Source: Bacillota bacterium
Lineage (GTDB): Bacteria > Bacillota > Clostridia > Acetivibrionales > DSM-1351
Direction of reading: 5' to 3'
Length of the DNA stretch: 64,000 nt
Assembly: GCA_023426005.1 (NCBI GenBank)
Contig: JAFABO010000221.1
Coordinates: 5,721 to 69,720, forward strand
Shown: in pieces, positions 20,499 to 30,783 of the stretch
How the letters are laid out: each line of letters starts with the position of its first letter
Position numbering within the stretch: the first letter of the stretch is position 1
The notes under the pieces: generated by a model
Told to the model about the DNA's origin: nothing
Database searches by the model: none
Seen by the model: only the letters and a program-made list of their open reading frames with translations
Position numbers and translations under genes: made by a program

Positions 20499-22073
20499 TC
20501 CGACGACCTTCTTAAATACCTTACTAAAATAGTTTGGATCGGCATACCCCACCAACATGCCAACTTCATAGGTTTTTACGGCTACATCCTTTAATAAAAT
20601 TTTTGCCCTATCTATCCGGACTCTTGTCAAATAATCAATAAAATTCTCTCCCGTATTGGTTTTAAACATTTCACTGAAGTAGTTCCCGTTAACATAGACT
20701 AATTCGGTAATTTTTGCGAGAGTTATATCCTCACCGTAATGCTTTGCAACATAATCCTTCACTACTTCAACTATTTTTTTATCCTTCCTGCTCCTCAGGT
20801 ACAAAATTTGTTTAATAAGCTCTGTATACGCATTAGCAGACAGTTTTTCAATTTCGTCGGCCGTATCCAACATTTCCAGCTCCTGAATATAGTTGTGGCC
20901 ATTGGAGTTAAGCGACTCCACTGCCCGTTTGAAGTCATCGAATTTAAACTTCATTTTAAGAAATATATCATTTAATGTCTGATTGACATCCTGCGGAACA
21001 AAATACTTCTGCCTGATTTTATAAAAGGCATCGCTGAAAATCTTCCGGATTCCGGTGGCGTCAGGCTGCTCAATTACCCTTTCAATGCTATTTTCCAGCT
21101 CTATTTTAACCGACTCTCCTTCGGTATTCCAGCTCTGAAAAGGCCTGATGGATTTTTCTTCAATAGCAGTGCTCATATTGTGATAATATCTATGTTCCAT
21201 AATCTTACACACACCGCTATATAAGGAGTTTAAATCCAAAAGGCCTCCTGAAGCATTTGAAATAGCCATTGTAAAGCTTATTTGGGCATGCCTGTCAAGA
21301 TTGAAGCGGATGGAGCCTGTTATTTCATTAATGAGCTGCCTGTCACAGGTATTGATAAATACAGCCAGACCCAGCTCCAATTGACAGGAAAAAAAACCGG
21401 CCTTTGCTTCAACAATCTCCTCTGAGATATTTCTGATTATGTAATACTTGATTTTCCCCTCCTCTTCCCCATGTATTGAAGAAAAAAGTTTATAATTGTC
21501 AATTGAAATAAGTAAAAGTGTAAACCTGTCCCCAGGAGTGAAATTAATGCCATAGTAATTCAGTTTTTTTGCAATATCTTCACTGCTCTCATACGGTTGA
21601 CCGGCAGTGAGAACATCGTGCAGAAACCTGTCCTTAAGAATGGGAAAACTCTCATTCAGCTTTATGTTGTGGTCTATAAGCTCATCTTTCTTTTTTTTAT
21701 CTATTCGTACGGATTCCTGTATTTCTTTTAATAAAGCATAGAGCTTGTCGTCTTCAACGGGCTTGAGCAAATAATCCACCGCACCGTTTTTCATGGTGTG
21801 CCTCACATATGTAAAGTCTTCGAATCCACTTATCACAATCTTTTTCAGCCCGGGATATTTCTCAGATAAAACCTGAACCAACTCTTTACCATCCATATTG
21901 GGCATACGTATATCGGTGATCACAACATCAGGCTCAACCTCCTCTATAAGCTTAAGGGCTTGCAGCCCGTCGCCCGCTTCACCTGCAACAACAAAATCTA
22001 CATTTTTGCTTATGGATTTGGAAAGTCCTTTTCTCAGAATGATCTCATCATCGACTATCAATATTTTAAGCAT
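20463..22073 (-). CDS. YesN-type response regulator (receiver + AraC HTH)
   Basis: ILIVDDE, ITDIRMP.MDG, C-terminal YFS..FKK..GITPSQYR. Confidence 0.93.
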   Translation of the reverse strand: MLKILIVDDEIILRKGLSKSISKNVDFVVAGEAGDGLQALKLIEEVEPDVVITDIRMPNMDGKELVQVLSEKYPGLKKIVISGFEDFTYVRHTMKNGAVDYLLKPVEDDKLYALLKEIQESVRIDKKKKDELIDHNIKLNESFPILKDRFLHDVLTAGQPYESSEDIAKKLNYYGINFTPGDRFTLLLISIDNYKLFSSIHGEEEGKIKYYIIRNISEEIVEAKAGFFSCQLELGLAVFINTCDRQLINEITGSIRFNLDRHAQISFTMAISNASGGLLDLNSLYSGVCKIMEHRYYHNMSTAIEEKSIRPFQSWNTEGESVKIELENSIERVIEQPDATGIRKIFSDAFYKIRQKYFVPQDVNQTLNDIFLKMKFKFDDFKRAVESLNSNGHNYIQELEMLDTADEIEKLSANAYTELIKQILYLRSRKDKKIVEVVKDYVAKHYGEDITLAKITELVYVNGNYFSEMFKTNTGENFIDYLTRVRIDRAKILLKDVAVKTYEVGMLVGYADPNYFSKVFKKVVGITPSQYRNIVL

Positions 22074-22103
22074 CTGCAGACCCCTTCCGCCTTTTGATAT
22101 AAT

Positions 22104-24062
22104 TTATAATTGGTTTACACTGTTCATATGCTTTTCACATGGGAGCATTATTGTGACAATTGTTCCTTTTCCGGGCCAGCCCGAAATTTTCAAACCGTAT
22201 TCAGCTCCATAATATAGTTTGATGCGCTCATTTATATTCCTCAGTCCTATACTCTTTGAATCGTCTCCTCCCGGTGAAAATCCGTTTATCCTGTCATTTA
22301 TGAGTTCTGCCTGCTCTTCTGTAATTCCTATTCCGTTATCTGCTATTTCAAAATATATTCTTTCATTCTCCCTATAACCCCGAATACGGATTATCCCTTC
22401 TCCGGTGGTAACCTCCAGGCCATGGTAAAACGCATTTTCCACTATTGGCTGGAATACCAGCTTTATAATGCTTATTTCATAAAATTCCTCCGGAATTTCC
22501 AATGCCAGTTTAAATCTGTTGCCGAATCTGAAATTCTGAAGTTCGAAATACTGGTTCACATGGCCGATTTCCTCCCCCACTGTAACCACCTTGTTGTTGA
22601 TATTGATACTGTATCTTAACATTTTTCCCAAAAGATAGGTCATTTTTGCTGTGTCGCTGTCATCGTTTATCTCTGCAAGCCTTCTGATGGACTCCAGGGT
22701 GTTATATATAAAATGCGGATTTATTTGTGCCTGTAATGCGCTTAGTTCTGTCTCTCTCTTTCTGATTTGGGTGACATGTACCGTATTTACAAGTGTATCG
22801 ATTTTTTTTATCATCCTGTTAAAGCTTTTTCCCAACAGACCCACTTCATCCCGTGTCCTCACCTTAAATCTGACCGATAGATCCCCATGTTCAACCAGAT
22901 GCATGGTGTGTACCAATTTTCTTAAGGGGTTTGTAATCCCTTTTGTAACATATATGGTAATAATCAATGCCAGTGCCACTATGATACCGGCCATTGCCAG
23001 AAACTCACCTGTAAGAGCGGCAACGCTCTTAAATATTTCTTCATTGGGAATAACCCTTATAAGGCTCCATCCAATTGACTTTGATTTAACTGATAAAATG
23101 GTATATTCCTTATTTGCCCTGTAGATACTGCTGATATTATTTTGAAGGTTCAGGCCTTTCAATTCAGGTATATCGAAATTTGCGTCACTGATATCCATTG
23201 AAATATTGCCCTGATTATTGTCGTATATTATATTCCCAATGTTATTTATTATAAGAGTCCGTTCACCCTTCAATACTTTTGACTCCGAAATGATGCTGCT
23301 TATATATCTGATGTCGGTGCTGATGCACATCGAACCGATATTCTCACTTCCGTATATATCATTTATGGCTCTTGATACCGGAAAGATATAGATGGGAGTT
23401 CCCCTTGCTTCAACATACTGATCAAATCTCTGAGTATCTCCCACAACCGACTGCCCTTTACTTTTTAAACTATTTTTATACCAGTCTTCAGTAATAGGAC
23501 TATATGAACTTTTATCATCCAGGATCAGGCTGTTATTTATCATCCGGTATACATAATCTCCGTTCGGGCTTACTATAAACACCGAGTATATGTTTTTATT
23601 TAAAGCCATAATCTTTGTTATTAGTGTTGCCAGGATTTCCTCATCCTTCTGGCTGAAGCCTGTTGGGTCAGGTGCTGCAAAATCAACTCTGGGGCTGTTG
23701 GGAGAGGTGTTAAACCCCAGGCCGCTTTCATTGGGTCTATTTATTTTATTGCGCAGCACATCCAGGGTATTGTAGTCATACAACGGCAGAATTGTTATAT
23801 TCCTGAGCTGGTTTATATATGACTCAATGGACCACATTGACTGTTCATTCACCTTCTGAATGAGATTCAGTGCTTCATCATCTTTTCTTCCTATGTAAGT
23901 GGAGAAAAAATAATAGGAGAACAAAGCCAGGGGAAGTATCAGCAAAATAATATATATTGTGAGGAACTTTTTTTGAAGCGTAAAATCTCTAAATCTTATA
24001 AATCTACAAAATCCAGAGATTCTCTTTTTGTATCCGGATTTTAACATAATGAACCTCATCAT
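22104..24062 (-). CDS. YesM-type sensor histidine kinase (dCache + HAMP + His_kinase)
   Basis: Two TM helices around a large extracellular domain, QAQINPHFIYNTLE, QPIVENAFYHG, DNGIG. Confidence 0.93.
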   Translation of the reverse strand: MMRFIMLKSGYKKRISGFCRFIRFRDFTLQKKFLTIYIILLILPLALFSYYFFSTYIGRKDDEALNLIQKVNEQSMWSIESYINQLRNITILPLYDYNTLDVLRNKINRPNESGLGFNTSPNSPRVDFAAPDPTGFSQKDEEILATLITKIMALNKNIYSVFIVSPNGDYVYRMINNSLILDDKSSYSPITEDWYKNSLKSKGQSVVGDTQRFDQYVEARGTPIYIFPVSRAINDIYGSENIGSMCISTDIRYISSIISESKVLKGERTLIINNIGNIIYDNNQGNISMDISDANFDIPELKGLNLQNNISSIYRANKEYTILSVKSKSIGWSLIRVIPNEEIFKSVAALTGEFLAMAGIIVALALIITIYVTKGITNPLRKLVHTMHLVEHGDLSVRFKVRTRDEVGLLGKSFNRMIKKIDTLVNTVHVTQIRKRETELSALQAQINPHFIYNTLESIRRLAEINDDSDTAKMTYLLGKMLRYSININNKVVTVGEEIGHVNQYFELQNFRFGNRFKLALEIPEEFYEISIIKLVFQPIVENAFYHGLEVTTGEGIIRIRGYRENERIYFEIADNGIGITEEQAELINDRINGFSPGGDDSKSIGLRNINERIKLYYGAEYGLKISGWPGKGTIVTIMLPCEKHMNSVNQL

Positions 24063-24134
24063 GTAATTCTGGTTATTTCAACAACACTCAAAAATATTTA
24101 TTATAGTGTATTATACTATTAAAACAAATTCAAA

Positions 24135-25007
24135 TCATTCTTTGACAGAACCGGTGGTTATGCCCTGGAAAATATACTTTTGCATAAACAGAAAAATTGC
24201 AATGGTGGGTATCATAACAAGCAGTATAGCTGCAGACATCAGATTTTGTACATTTATCCTGTCCCCCTGAAATGCCATTAATGCCGTCGTCGCTGTTTTA
24301 AGCTCCAATTTTGACATATACAGGTATTGGGTATACATATCATTATAGATTGTAACGGATTTTAGTATTATTATGGTAGCAGTTGCAGGTGCCAGCAGCG
24401 GCAAAATGATGCTTCTGAAAATTTTAAAGTAGGAAGCTCCTTCTATCATTGCGCTTTCATCCAGCGATACCGATATCTTCTCCATAAACTGAAGGTATAT
24501 CCATAATTGAACAATGTCCGTACTTAAGTAAATCAGAATGGGTGCATATATGGTTCCGGTGAGCTCCATCCCCCTCATTACCGCATATACTGAGACTTGA
24601 AGCGCCACACTTGGAACAATATAGGATACCGTGTATAATAACTTGATATATTTTTTCAGCTTAAAATCAAACCTATCCATGCAATAAGCCACCATTGAGC
24701 CTATAAATACTGTTCCAACAGCTCCTACAACCACAAGGATCAGACTGTTTTTAAAAGCAGTCAGAAAATCGCCCTCTATAAATGCTTTTACATAATTATT
24801 AAAATTTAAAAAACTTTTCGGTAGAGAAAAAACAGAAGTGTTAACATATTCCTCATCTGTCTTAAAGGAAGTAAACACCAGAATGGAAAGGGGATATAAT
24901 ACCAGGAAGGACCAGAATAATAAAATTAAATGTCTTAACATATGGGCAATTACATGGCTCAGTTCCTTTTTAGCTGCTCCCGGCATTTTATTTACAGCAA
25001 TATTCAT
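24135..25007 (-). CDS. Carbohydrate ABC transporter permease
   Basis: LDESAMIEGAS loop; start ATG 25007 behind AAGGAG. Confidence 0.9.
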   Translation of the reverse strand: MNIAVNKMPGAAKKELSHVIAHMLRHLILLFWSFLVLYPLSILVFTSFKTDEEYVNTSVFSLPKSFLNFNNYVKAFIEGDFLTAFKNSLILVVVGAVGTVFIGSMVAYCMDRFDFKLKKYIKLLYTVSYIVPSVALQVSVYAVMRGMELTGTIYAPILIYLSTDIVQLWIYLQFMEKISVSLDESAMIEGASYFKIFRSIILPLLAPATATIIILKSVTIYNDMYTQYLYMSKLELKTATTALMAFQGDRINVQNLMSAAILLVMIPTIAIFLFMQKYIFQGITTGSVKE

Positions 25008-25026
25008 TTTAATCTCCTTTTGGATG

Positions 25027-25902
25027 CTATTCACCTTTAAAAATCAATTTTTTCTGTATGGCTGTCAGGATCAGCACCAGCACCAGCAGCACCACCGCCA
25101 TTGCAGCAGCAAAGCCGTATCTGTTAAACTGTGTGAATGCATTTATAGTATACAGTACAAAAGTGTTGCTGGCATTTACCGGTCCTCCCTTTGTTACAAT
25201 AAAGGGTTCTACAAAGGCCTGAAGCCCCCCGCTCAAGGTGAGAAAAAGATTCAGTTCAACAATTGTTTTTATGCAGGGAAGCGTAATATAAATAAAATTC
25301 TGCCAGGCACCGGCGCCGTCAATCATAGCCGATTCATAAATGTCAGGGCTGATTGATTGAAAAGCTGCAATATAAAGAATCATTGTATACCCTGTATATC
25401 TCCACAGAGATATTCCGGCAAGAGAGAAGTTTACAATATTCAGATTGCTCAAAAAACCGACGGGTTCAGCTCCCAGGGACGTTAATACGGCATTAATGGG
25501 CCCTCTTTCAAAATCAAACAGAAATGTAAACATAAACGCTACCGCAGCACTGTTTATTATAAACGGAAGAAATATAGAAGCTTTATAAAAGTTCCTGCCT
25601 CTGATTTTTACTGTCAGCAATACGGCGAATAAAAGTGCTATTATATTTTGCAAAATGCCGTTTAAAATATAAATAACATTATTTCTCAAAGCAATCCAGA
25701 CATCAGGAGTCCGAAATACTTCAACATAATTATCAATACCTGTAAAATTGTAATCAGGCATTATCCCGTCCCAATCTGTAAAGCTCATATAGAACAGCCT
25801 GAAGAATGGAAATAGAAAGAACAAGCCCATAAGTAACAAGGGTATTAAAAGGAATGAAATCAACAACAGCTTTTTTTGTGTTTTATATGACATATAGTGC
25901 AC
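25027..25902 (-). CDS. Carbohydrate ABC transporter permease
   Basis: YESAMIDGAG loop, TM segments. Confidence 0.9.
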   Translation of the reverse strand: MHYMSYKTQKKLLLISFLLIPLLLMGLFFLFPFFRLFYMSFTDWDGIMPDYNFTGIDNYVEVFRTPDVWIALRNNVIYILNGILQNIIALLFAVLLTVKIRGRNFYKASIFLPFIINSAAVAFMFTFLFDFERGPINAVLTSLGAEPVGFLSNLNIVNFSLAGISLWRYTGYTMILYIAAFQSISPDIYESAMIDGAGAWQNFIYITLPCIKTIVELNLFLTLSGGLQAFVEPFIVTKGGPVNASNTFVLYTINAFTQFNRYGFAAAMAVVLLVLVLILTAIQKKLIFKGE

Positions 25903-25925
25903 CCACCATCTTTTTTTGGAAGTTT

Positions 25926-25974
25926 AGCTTAAATATAAATCGCTATAGCTGCTATAGTGATTTATATTTAAGCT
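25926..25974 (-). other. Near-perfect 49-bp palindromic stem-loop after solute-binding gene
   Basis: AGCTTAAATATAAATCGCTATAGC-T-GCTATAGTGATTTATATTTAAGCT, one mismatch. Confidence 0.75.
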
Positions 25975-25993
25975 GTAATAATTTCAGGAGTAC

Positions 25994-27313
25994 CTATTTA
26001 CCCATTGCTTTTTTCCACCTGGTGTTAAGCTGATCAAAGGCTTTTTGAATATCCCCCGATACCAGCACTTCCTGAGCAAGTTTATTGTAATCCACCTGCG
26101 CTTTGTTCATAATATCGGTGTAAGCCTTTGTATCCGATACTACATCCAGCTTCTGGGGGCTATAGGATTCGAATTCCTTTGCAAAGGGAATATCCACAGC
26201 TATTGATTTTCTGGCCGTCAATAGTCCCAGGCTCTTTCCCGCATTTGCATAATTTGTGTCCATCATAAATTTAAAGAAGGCTTCGGTGGCAGCTCTGTTT
26301 TTAGTATTCTGAGCCATACCCAGAGCAACATCAGGTCCCGCACTGACTTTTTTAGGCGTTTTTTCATTGTCATAGGGCAGCGGGAAGAAACCCACATCAT
26401 CAAGTGTCAGAGGATCTAAAGCCTGTGGAATGAACCAGGGTCCCAGGATGAACATACCCACCTTACCGTCGCGGAAATCTTTTTTAATTGGCTCCCAGTC
26501 CGAGGAAAGCGGATCTTTTTCCAGAATACCCGCCTCCCTGAAAGCCTTCAACAGGCTGAAGGCTTTTCCCATAGGGCTGTCCACAGTAAACGGTGCCTCA
26601 TTTTCAGCCAGTGTGTTTCTATAGTTCCCGTCACCCGCAATAGTATTCGCTATATCAAGCCAGTAATATTGCAGAGGCCAGCCTGCTTTGGCAGCAGTTG
26701 CAAGCCCTGCTCTGCCCGATCCGGTTATTTTCTTTCCCGCCGAAATCATTTCATCAAGGGTCTGAGGTACAGAAATACCTAATTCAGAAAATATCTTTTT
26801 ATTATAAACCACCCCGGTTGCACTTGCACCCTGTGGAAGCGCATAAATTTTCCCGTCCGAACCGCTGAATACCTCTGAATATAGAAAGTCTTTGGTAAAC
26901 TCGTAATCATCCAGCGGAAGGTTGTATTTTGTTAATTGATCTTTCGTATAATAGCCGTTATGTACCGTCCATACGTCAGGCAGATCATTTGACGACATCT
27001 TGACTTTTATGGCCGCTTGATAGTCCTTTATGGTTTCAATATTTACCTTTATATCGGGAAACTCCTTGTTAAAATCTGCAACAAACTGCGGAAGCAAAGT
27101 ATTTTGCAAATCTGTTCTGTTTGAACTGAAGGTGATTTCACCCGCTGCATTTTCAGGATTTGATTTCCCAGCCGCGCTCTCTCCGGCCGCCGCTGTTGCC
27201 GATGCCGCATCCTGTGTTGCTGGGGTGGAAGCACTGTCATCCTTTCCGCACCCCACCGATATTGCTCCTGCAATTGCGGCAACCAGGAACAAAAAAGTAA
27301 TTTTTTTAAGCAT
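25994..27313 (-). CDS. Sugar ABC transporter solute-binding lipoprotein
   Basis: Lipobox SVGC, FPDIKVNIE, NDLPDV, VVYNKKIF. Confidence 0.92.
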   Translation of the reverse strand: MLKKITFLFLVAAIAGAISVGCGKDDSASTPATQDAASATAAAGESAAGKSNPENAAGEITFSSNRTDLQNTLLPQFVADFNKEFPDIKVNIETIKDYQAAIKVKMSSNDLPDVWTVHNGYYTKDQLTKYNLPLDDYEFTKDFLYSEVFSGSDGKIYALPQGASATGVVYNKKIFSELGISVPQTLDEMISAGKKITGSGRAGLATAAKAGWPLQYYWLDIANTIAGDGNYRNTLAENEAPFTVDSPMGKAFSLLKAFREAGILEKDPLSSDWEPIKKDFRDGKVGMFILGPWFIPQALDPLTLDDVGFFPLPYDNEKTPKKVSAGPDVALGMAQNTKNRAATEAFFKFMMDTNYANAGKSLGLLTARKSIAVDIPFAKEFESYSPQKLDVVSDTKAYTDIMNKAQVDYNKLAQEVLVSGDIQKAFDQLNTRWKKAMGK

Positions 27314-27433
27314 TTTTTTAATCCTCCTTTAACTTTCTTTATATAAGCATCCGTATTACAAATATAGTTTAGCAATATCCAAATTCTATTAGAATGGAAT
27401 AAACTTTTTTTTATAGTAAAATATTCAGATAAT

Positions 27434-27475
27434 AAAAAAGCCGGATATGAAATTTCTTCATTCCACATCCGGTTT
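27434..27475 (-). terminator. Intrinsic terminator
   Basis: Minus strand: CCGGATGTG...CATATCCGG followed by CTTTTTT. Confidence 0.7.
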
Positions 27476-27480
27476 ATCAT

Positions 27481-28569
27481 TTAAAATAGTTTCAAAAGTT
27501 CAATCAATTCTATCTCCGATACCAGCTGCTGCCTTATGCGGCTGCCTGTACTGGTGTCCAGCGGCTTTTTTGTGCGGATCATCTTATTAAATATAATTTC
27601 TAAAAGCTCCCACTGTTCCTTGGTCTCAAGGGTCTTGCTTCTCAAAAGCTGTGGATCGCCGGAATACCCCATATCCCCATTCATAATATTTATGTATTCC
27701 AGCAAAATTGTTCTGGCCCCATGGATCATCCATATATCAAAACAAATTCTGTCCAGCACGGGCCAGCCTTCCGATTTATAGTAAGCATCCAGACTGCAGC
27801 CTTCGTCACATAATTCAGCAAACCGTTCCATGGCTTCTTTTCCGTAATATCTTGTATACAGTCCGTCCTGTACTTCCGGTGCCAAAAAATTATCGGCAAT
27901 TTTATGAAAAAGACCCGCAACTTCTGCTTTGAATGCAGCACCCGTCAGACTGCCACCATCCACCTCCACTGTGCAGCATCTTATATAATGGCTGCAGGCT
28001 TTCTCTATTTCGCGTTTTGGAATGACTCCTATCTGCTCATTAAACTCATAAGGTACAAAATTTTCCATGGTTACTGTATATGGAAGCTTCTCAACATAGT
28101 AAAAATTTTCGGTATCGTGGCAAAGTATGATGTTATTGTGATCTTCGACTCCGGGGCGAAAGTCTTTCAACTTAAAAGCAGGATTGTATTTTCTGTAAAA
28201 GCTTAATATTTCAAATACCGTATCAAGGATTACCATATGCCCCCGGTCCAGAAGGCTTTCAATAAATCCCACCGCACCGCTGTCGCCTTCCTTAACATAT
28301 GTATTTACCCTGACATATTTTGTCCACAATGGAACCAGATTTCTGCTCAGATTATACATGCGGAAAATACCGGTTGTCCTGTTTCTCCAGAAGGTGGGAT
28401 TTACATCTCTTATGAACAGGGCTGCAATGAGGTTTTTATCTAATTTGAAGTGATTCAGCAATATGTTGTAAATAGAGGTTTCAAAGCAGTTCAGCTGTAA
28501 TGAAAACATGTCCGGTGTCCCGTCTTTTTCCCTGAAAAACCTCAAATCCTTTAAATCTGATTTCTTCAT
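27481..28569 (-). CDS. Hypothetical protein, possible BtrH_N-like (papain-fold) domain
   Basis: N-terminal LNCFETS Cys, later DHNNIILCHD..FYYVE His-strand pattern; start ATG 28569 behind GGAG. Confidence 0.5.
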   Translation of the reverse strand: MKKSDLKDLRFFREKDGTPDMFSLQLNCFETSIYNILLNHFKLDKNLIAALFIRDVNPTFWRNRTTGIFRMYNLSRNLVPLWTKYVRVNTYVKEGDSGAVGFIESLLDRGHMVILDTVFEILSFYRKYNPAFKLKDFRPGVEDHNNIILCHDTENFYYVEKLPYTVTMENFVPYEFNEQIGVIPKREIEKACSHYIRCCTVEVDGGSLTGAAFKAEVAGLFHKIADNFLAPEVQDGLYTRYYGKEAMERFAELCDEGCSLDAYYKSEGWPVLDRICFDIWMIHGARTILLEYINIMNGDMGYSGDPQLLRSKTLETKEQWELLEIIFNKMIRTKKPLDTSTGSRIRQQLVSEIELIELLKLF

Positions 28570-28740
28570 ATGCATCTCCATTCCGGCCAAATAATAATTT
28601 TTATGCCTGTATTATGATAAAGCCTTTAATTTTTAGTATTACTTCATAAATATGGATACTATAGTATTATTTTACACTATTTTTTTGCATTTTTATAGAT
28701 TTTATTAAAACTTCTACAGTGCAAGCTTTTAAAATACAAG

Positions 28741-28782
28741 AAAAAACAAGGAATGTCCAAAAGCGGCAGCTCCTTGTTTTTT
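28741..28782 (-). terminator. Intrinsic terminator of the ara operon
   Basis: AAAAAACAAGGA / TCCTTGTTTTTT inverted repeat with A/T tails. Confidence 0.7.
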
Positions 28783-28803
28783 AATACAATCAATAGTTTT
28801 AAA

Positions 28804-29748
28804 TTATTGTTCCCCCGGTATCCCGAAATCAGGCGTACCGTCTTCATTCCATCTCAATTCCCTGATGAACGTATGCCTGTTGGGATCATACAAAGGTTCT
28901 TTCACTGCTCTGTAAGTACGTGCATGGTAAACGAGAATATCCTTTTTACCATCTTCGGATACTGTAAAACTGTTGTGCCCCGGACCGTACTGCGCTGTCT
29001 CCCCGTTTGTTTTGAATACCGGCTCTGCCGTCTTTGTCCAGGACTGGGGCTCCAGCAGCTCGGAATTTTCCTCCGCGCTGAGTAAACCCATACAGTAGTT
29101 GGAATCTGTTGCACTTGCAGAATAGCTGACAAATATCCTGCCGTTTCTCTTTATAACAGCAGGTCCTTCATTTACATGGAAACCGATCTGTTCCCACCTG
29201 TAAGAGGGATTTGAAATCATTACCGCCTTTGAATTTATAGTCCAAGGGTTGCTCATCCCGGCAATATACAGGTTTGAAAAATCTCTGCGTTTTTCCGCCC
29301 AGATCAGATATCTTTTCCCTCTGTGCTCGAAAGTAGTGGAATCCAGCGAAAAGTCGGTAAATGCAGTTGGATCTGTTTCACTTTGAAGCATTCCTTTTTC
29401 CTCCCACACATGGGTCATTGGGTCGGAGCCTGTGCACTCCAGCACATATGGCCTGATTTTCCATGCATCTCCCGCTTCTCCGGCAGCAAAGTATATATAC
29501 CATTTTCCATCGATATTGTGTATTTCGGGAGCCCATATATGCTCGCTCATAATACCTTTTTTATGCTTTCTCCATACAACAGCAGGTTGGCTGTCGGCCA
29601 GACCGCTTATGGTTTTTGATTTCCTGACCTCAATCCGGTCATATTCCGGCACAGATGCCGTAAAGTAATAAAATCCGTCTGTGTGCTTATAAATCCAGGG
29701 ATCTGCTCTCTGCTCCAAAACCGGTTTTATTATAACTTTTTCTGTCAT
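28804..29748 (-). CDS. GH43 alpha-L-arabinofuranosidase (exo-1,5 type)
   Basis: RADPWIY, IWAPEIH, FSLDST, VNEGP, GPGHNSF, DPNRH. Confidence 0.9.
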   Translation of the reverse strand: MTEKVIIKPVLEQRADPWIYKHTDGFYYFTASVPEYDRIEVRKSKTISGLADSQPAVVWRKHKKGIMSEHIWAPEIHNIDGKWYIYFAAGEAGDAWKIRPYVLECTGSDPMTHVWEEKGMLQSETDPTAFTDFSLDSTTFEHRGKRYLIWAEKRRDFSNLYIAGMSNPWTINSKAVMISNPSYRWEQIGFHVNEGPAVIKRNGRIFVSYSASATDSNYCMGLLSAEENSELLEPQSWTKTAEPVFKTNGETAQYGPGHNSFTVSEDGKKDILVYHARTYRAVKEPLYDPNRHTFIRELRWNEDGTPDFGIPGEQ

Positions 29749-29921
29749 TACATTCTCACCCTTGTCATCGTAATTTTTGTAAATTAATTTGATCCCCGCA
29801 GGCAGTTAAATTAAAAATAAATAATCCAGCCAGGATAACTGTAAGAAGCTTTTTTATATGAAATCCCCTTAATGAACAGTTTGTGAACGCCCGGTTCAGC
29901 GTCCTGTACCGGACACTGGAA

Positions 29922-30782
29922 TCAGCCTTTTACCGCACCTGCCGTCATACCGTCAATAAAATATTTCTGGAAGGCCACAAACAATATGAAAATAGGTATT
30001 ATTGAAAAGAAAGATCCTACAATCAACAGGTCATAGTTATTGCCATACGGTGTCAACAGGGTCTTCAAGCCTATTGGAAGGGTAAATTTGTTCTGATCGC
30101 CCAAAACCATAAACGGCCACAGGAGATTGTTCCAGCTGTTCATACCGTTCAATATGGCCATAGCCGCAAAAGAAGGCTTCATAACCGGCAGGATCAGCCT
30201 GAAGAATATCAGATATTCGTTGGCCCCATCAACCCTGCCTGATTGAATAAGCTCCTTGGGAATACTTCTCAGGTATTGTCTGAAGAAGAATATTGTTCCT
30301 GCATTTGCAATACCCGGTACTATGATGGCACTGTAACTGTTCATCATATGGAGGTCATTGATCAATGAATACAACGGAAGCAGCAATATTTCAAAGGGCA
30401 CCATCATTATCAGCAGTACGCAGATAAACAGCAGATTGCGTCCTTTGAAGTCATAGGCTGCAAAACCATAGGCGACAAAAGCACTGATGAACAGGGTAAG
30501 TGTCACCTGTCCGATGGTAAGGAACATACTGTTCTTAAACCACATAAAATAATCATGCTTTCCTGTAAAAAGAAATTCAAAGTTCTTAAAGCTCATAACA
30601 TCCAGGTCGAGTCTTAAATTCAGGCCATAGCGGATCAAATCCGCGCCCGGTTTAAAGGAAGAAAGCGCTACCGCATAAAAGGGAAGCATAATAACTATGA
30701 ATAAAACTGAAAAGAATATAAGCAGGAGTATTTTTGCAATTATATTTTGCTTTGTCTCACCAACTTTGTGTAAGCTGATCAC
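29922..30782 (-). CDS. araQ: Arabino-oligosaccharide ABC permease
   Basis: SGRVDGA loop, LLTPYGNNYDLL motif, context. Confidence 0.75.
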   Translation of the reverse strand: MISLHKVGETKQNIIAKILLLIFFSVLFIVIMLPFYAVALSSFKPGADLIRYGLNLRLDLDVMSFKNFEFLFTGKHDYFMWFKNSMFLTIGQVTLTLFISAFVAYGFAAYDFKGRNLLFICVLLIMMVPFEILLLPLYSLINDLHMMNSYSAIIVPGIANAGTIFFFRQYLRSIPKELIQSGRVDGANEYLIFFRLILPVMKPSFAAMAILNGMNSWNNLLWPFMVLGDQNKFTLPIGLKTLLTPYGNNYDLLIVGSFFSIIPIFILFVAFQKYFIDGMTAGAVKG

Positions 30783-30783
30783 A

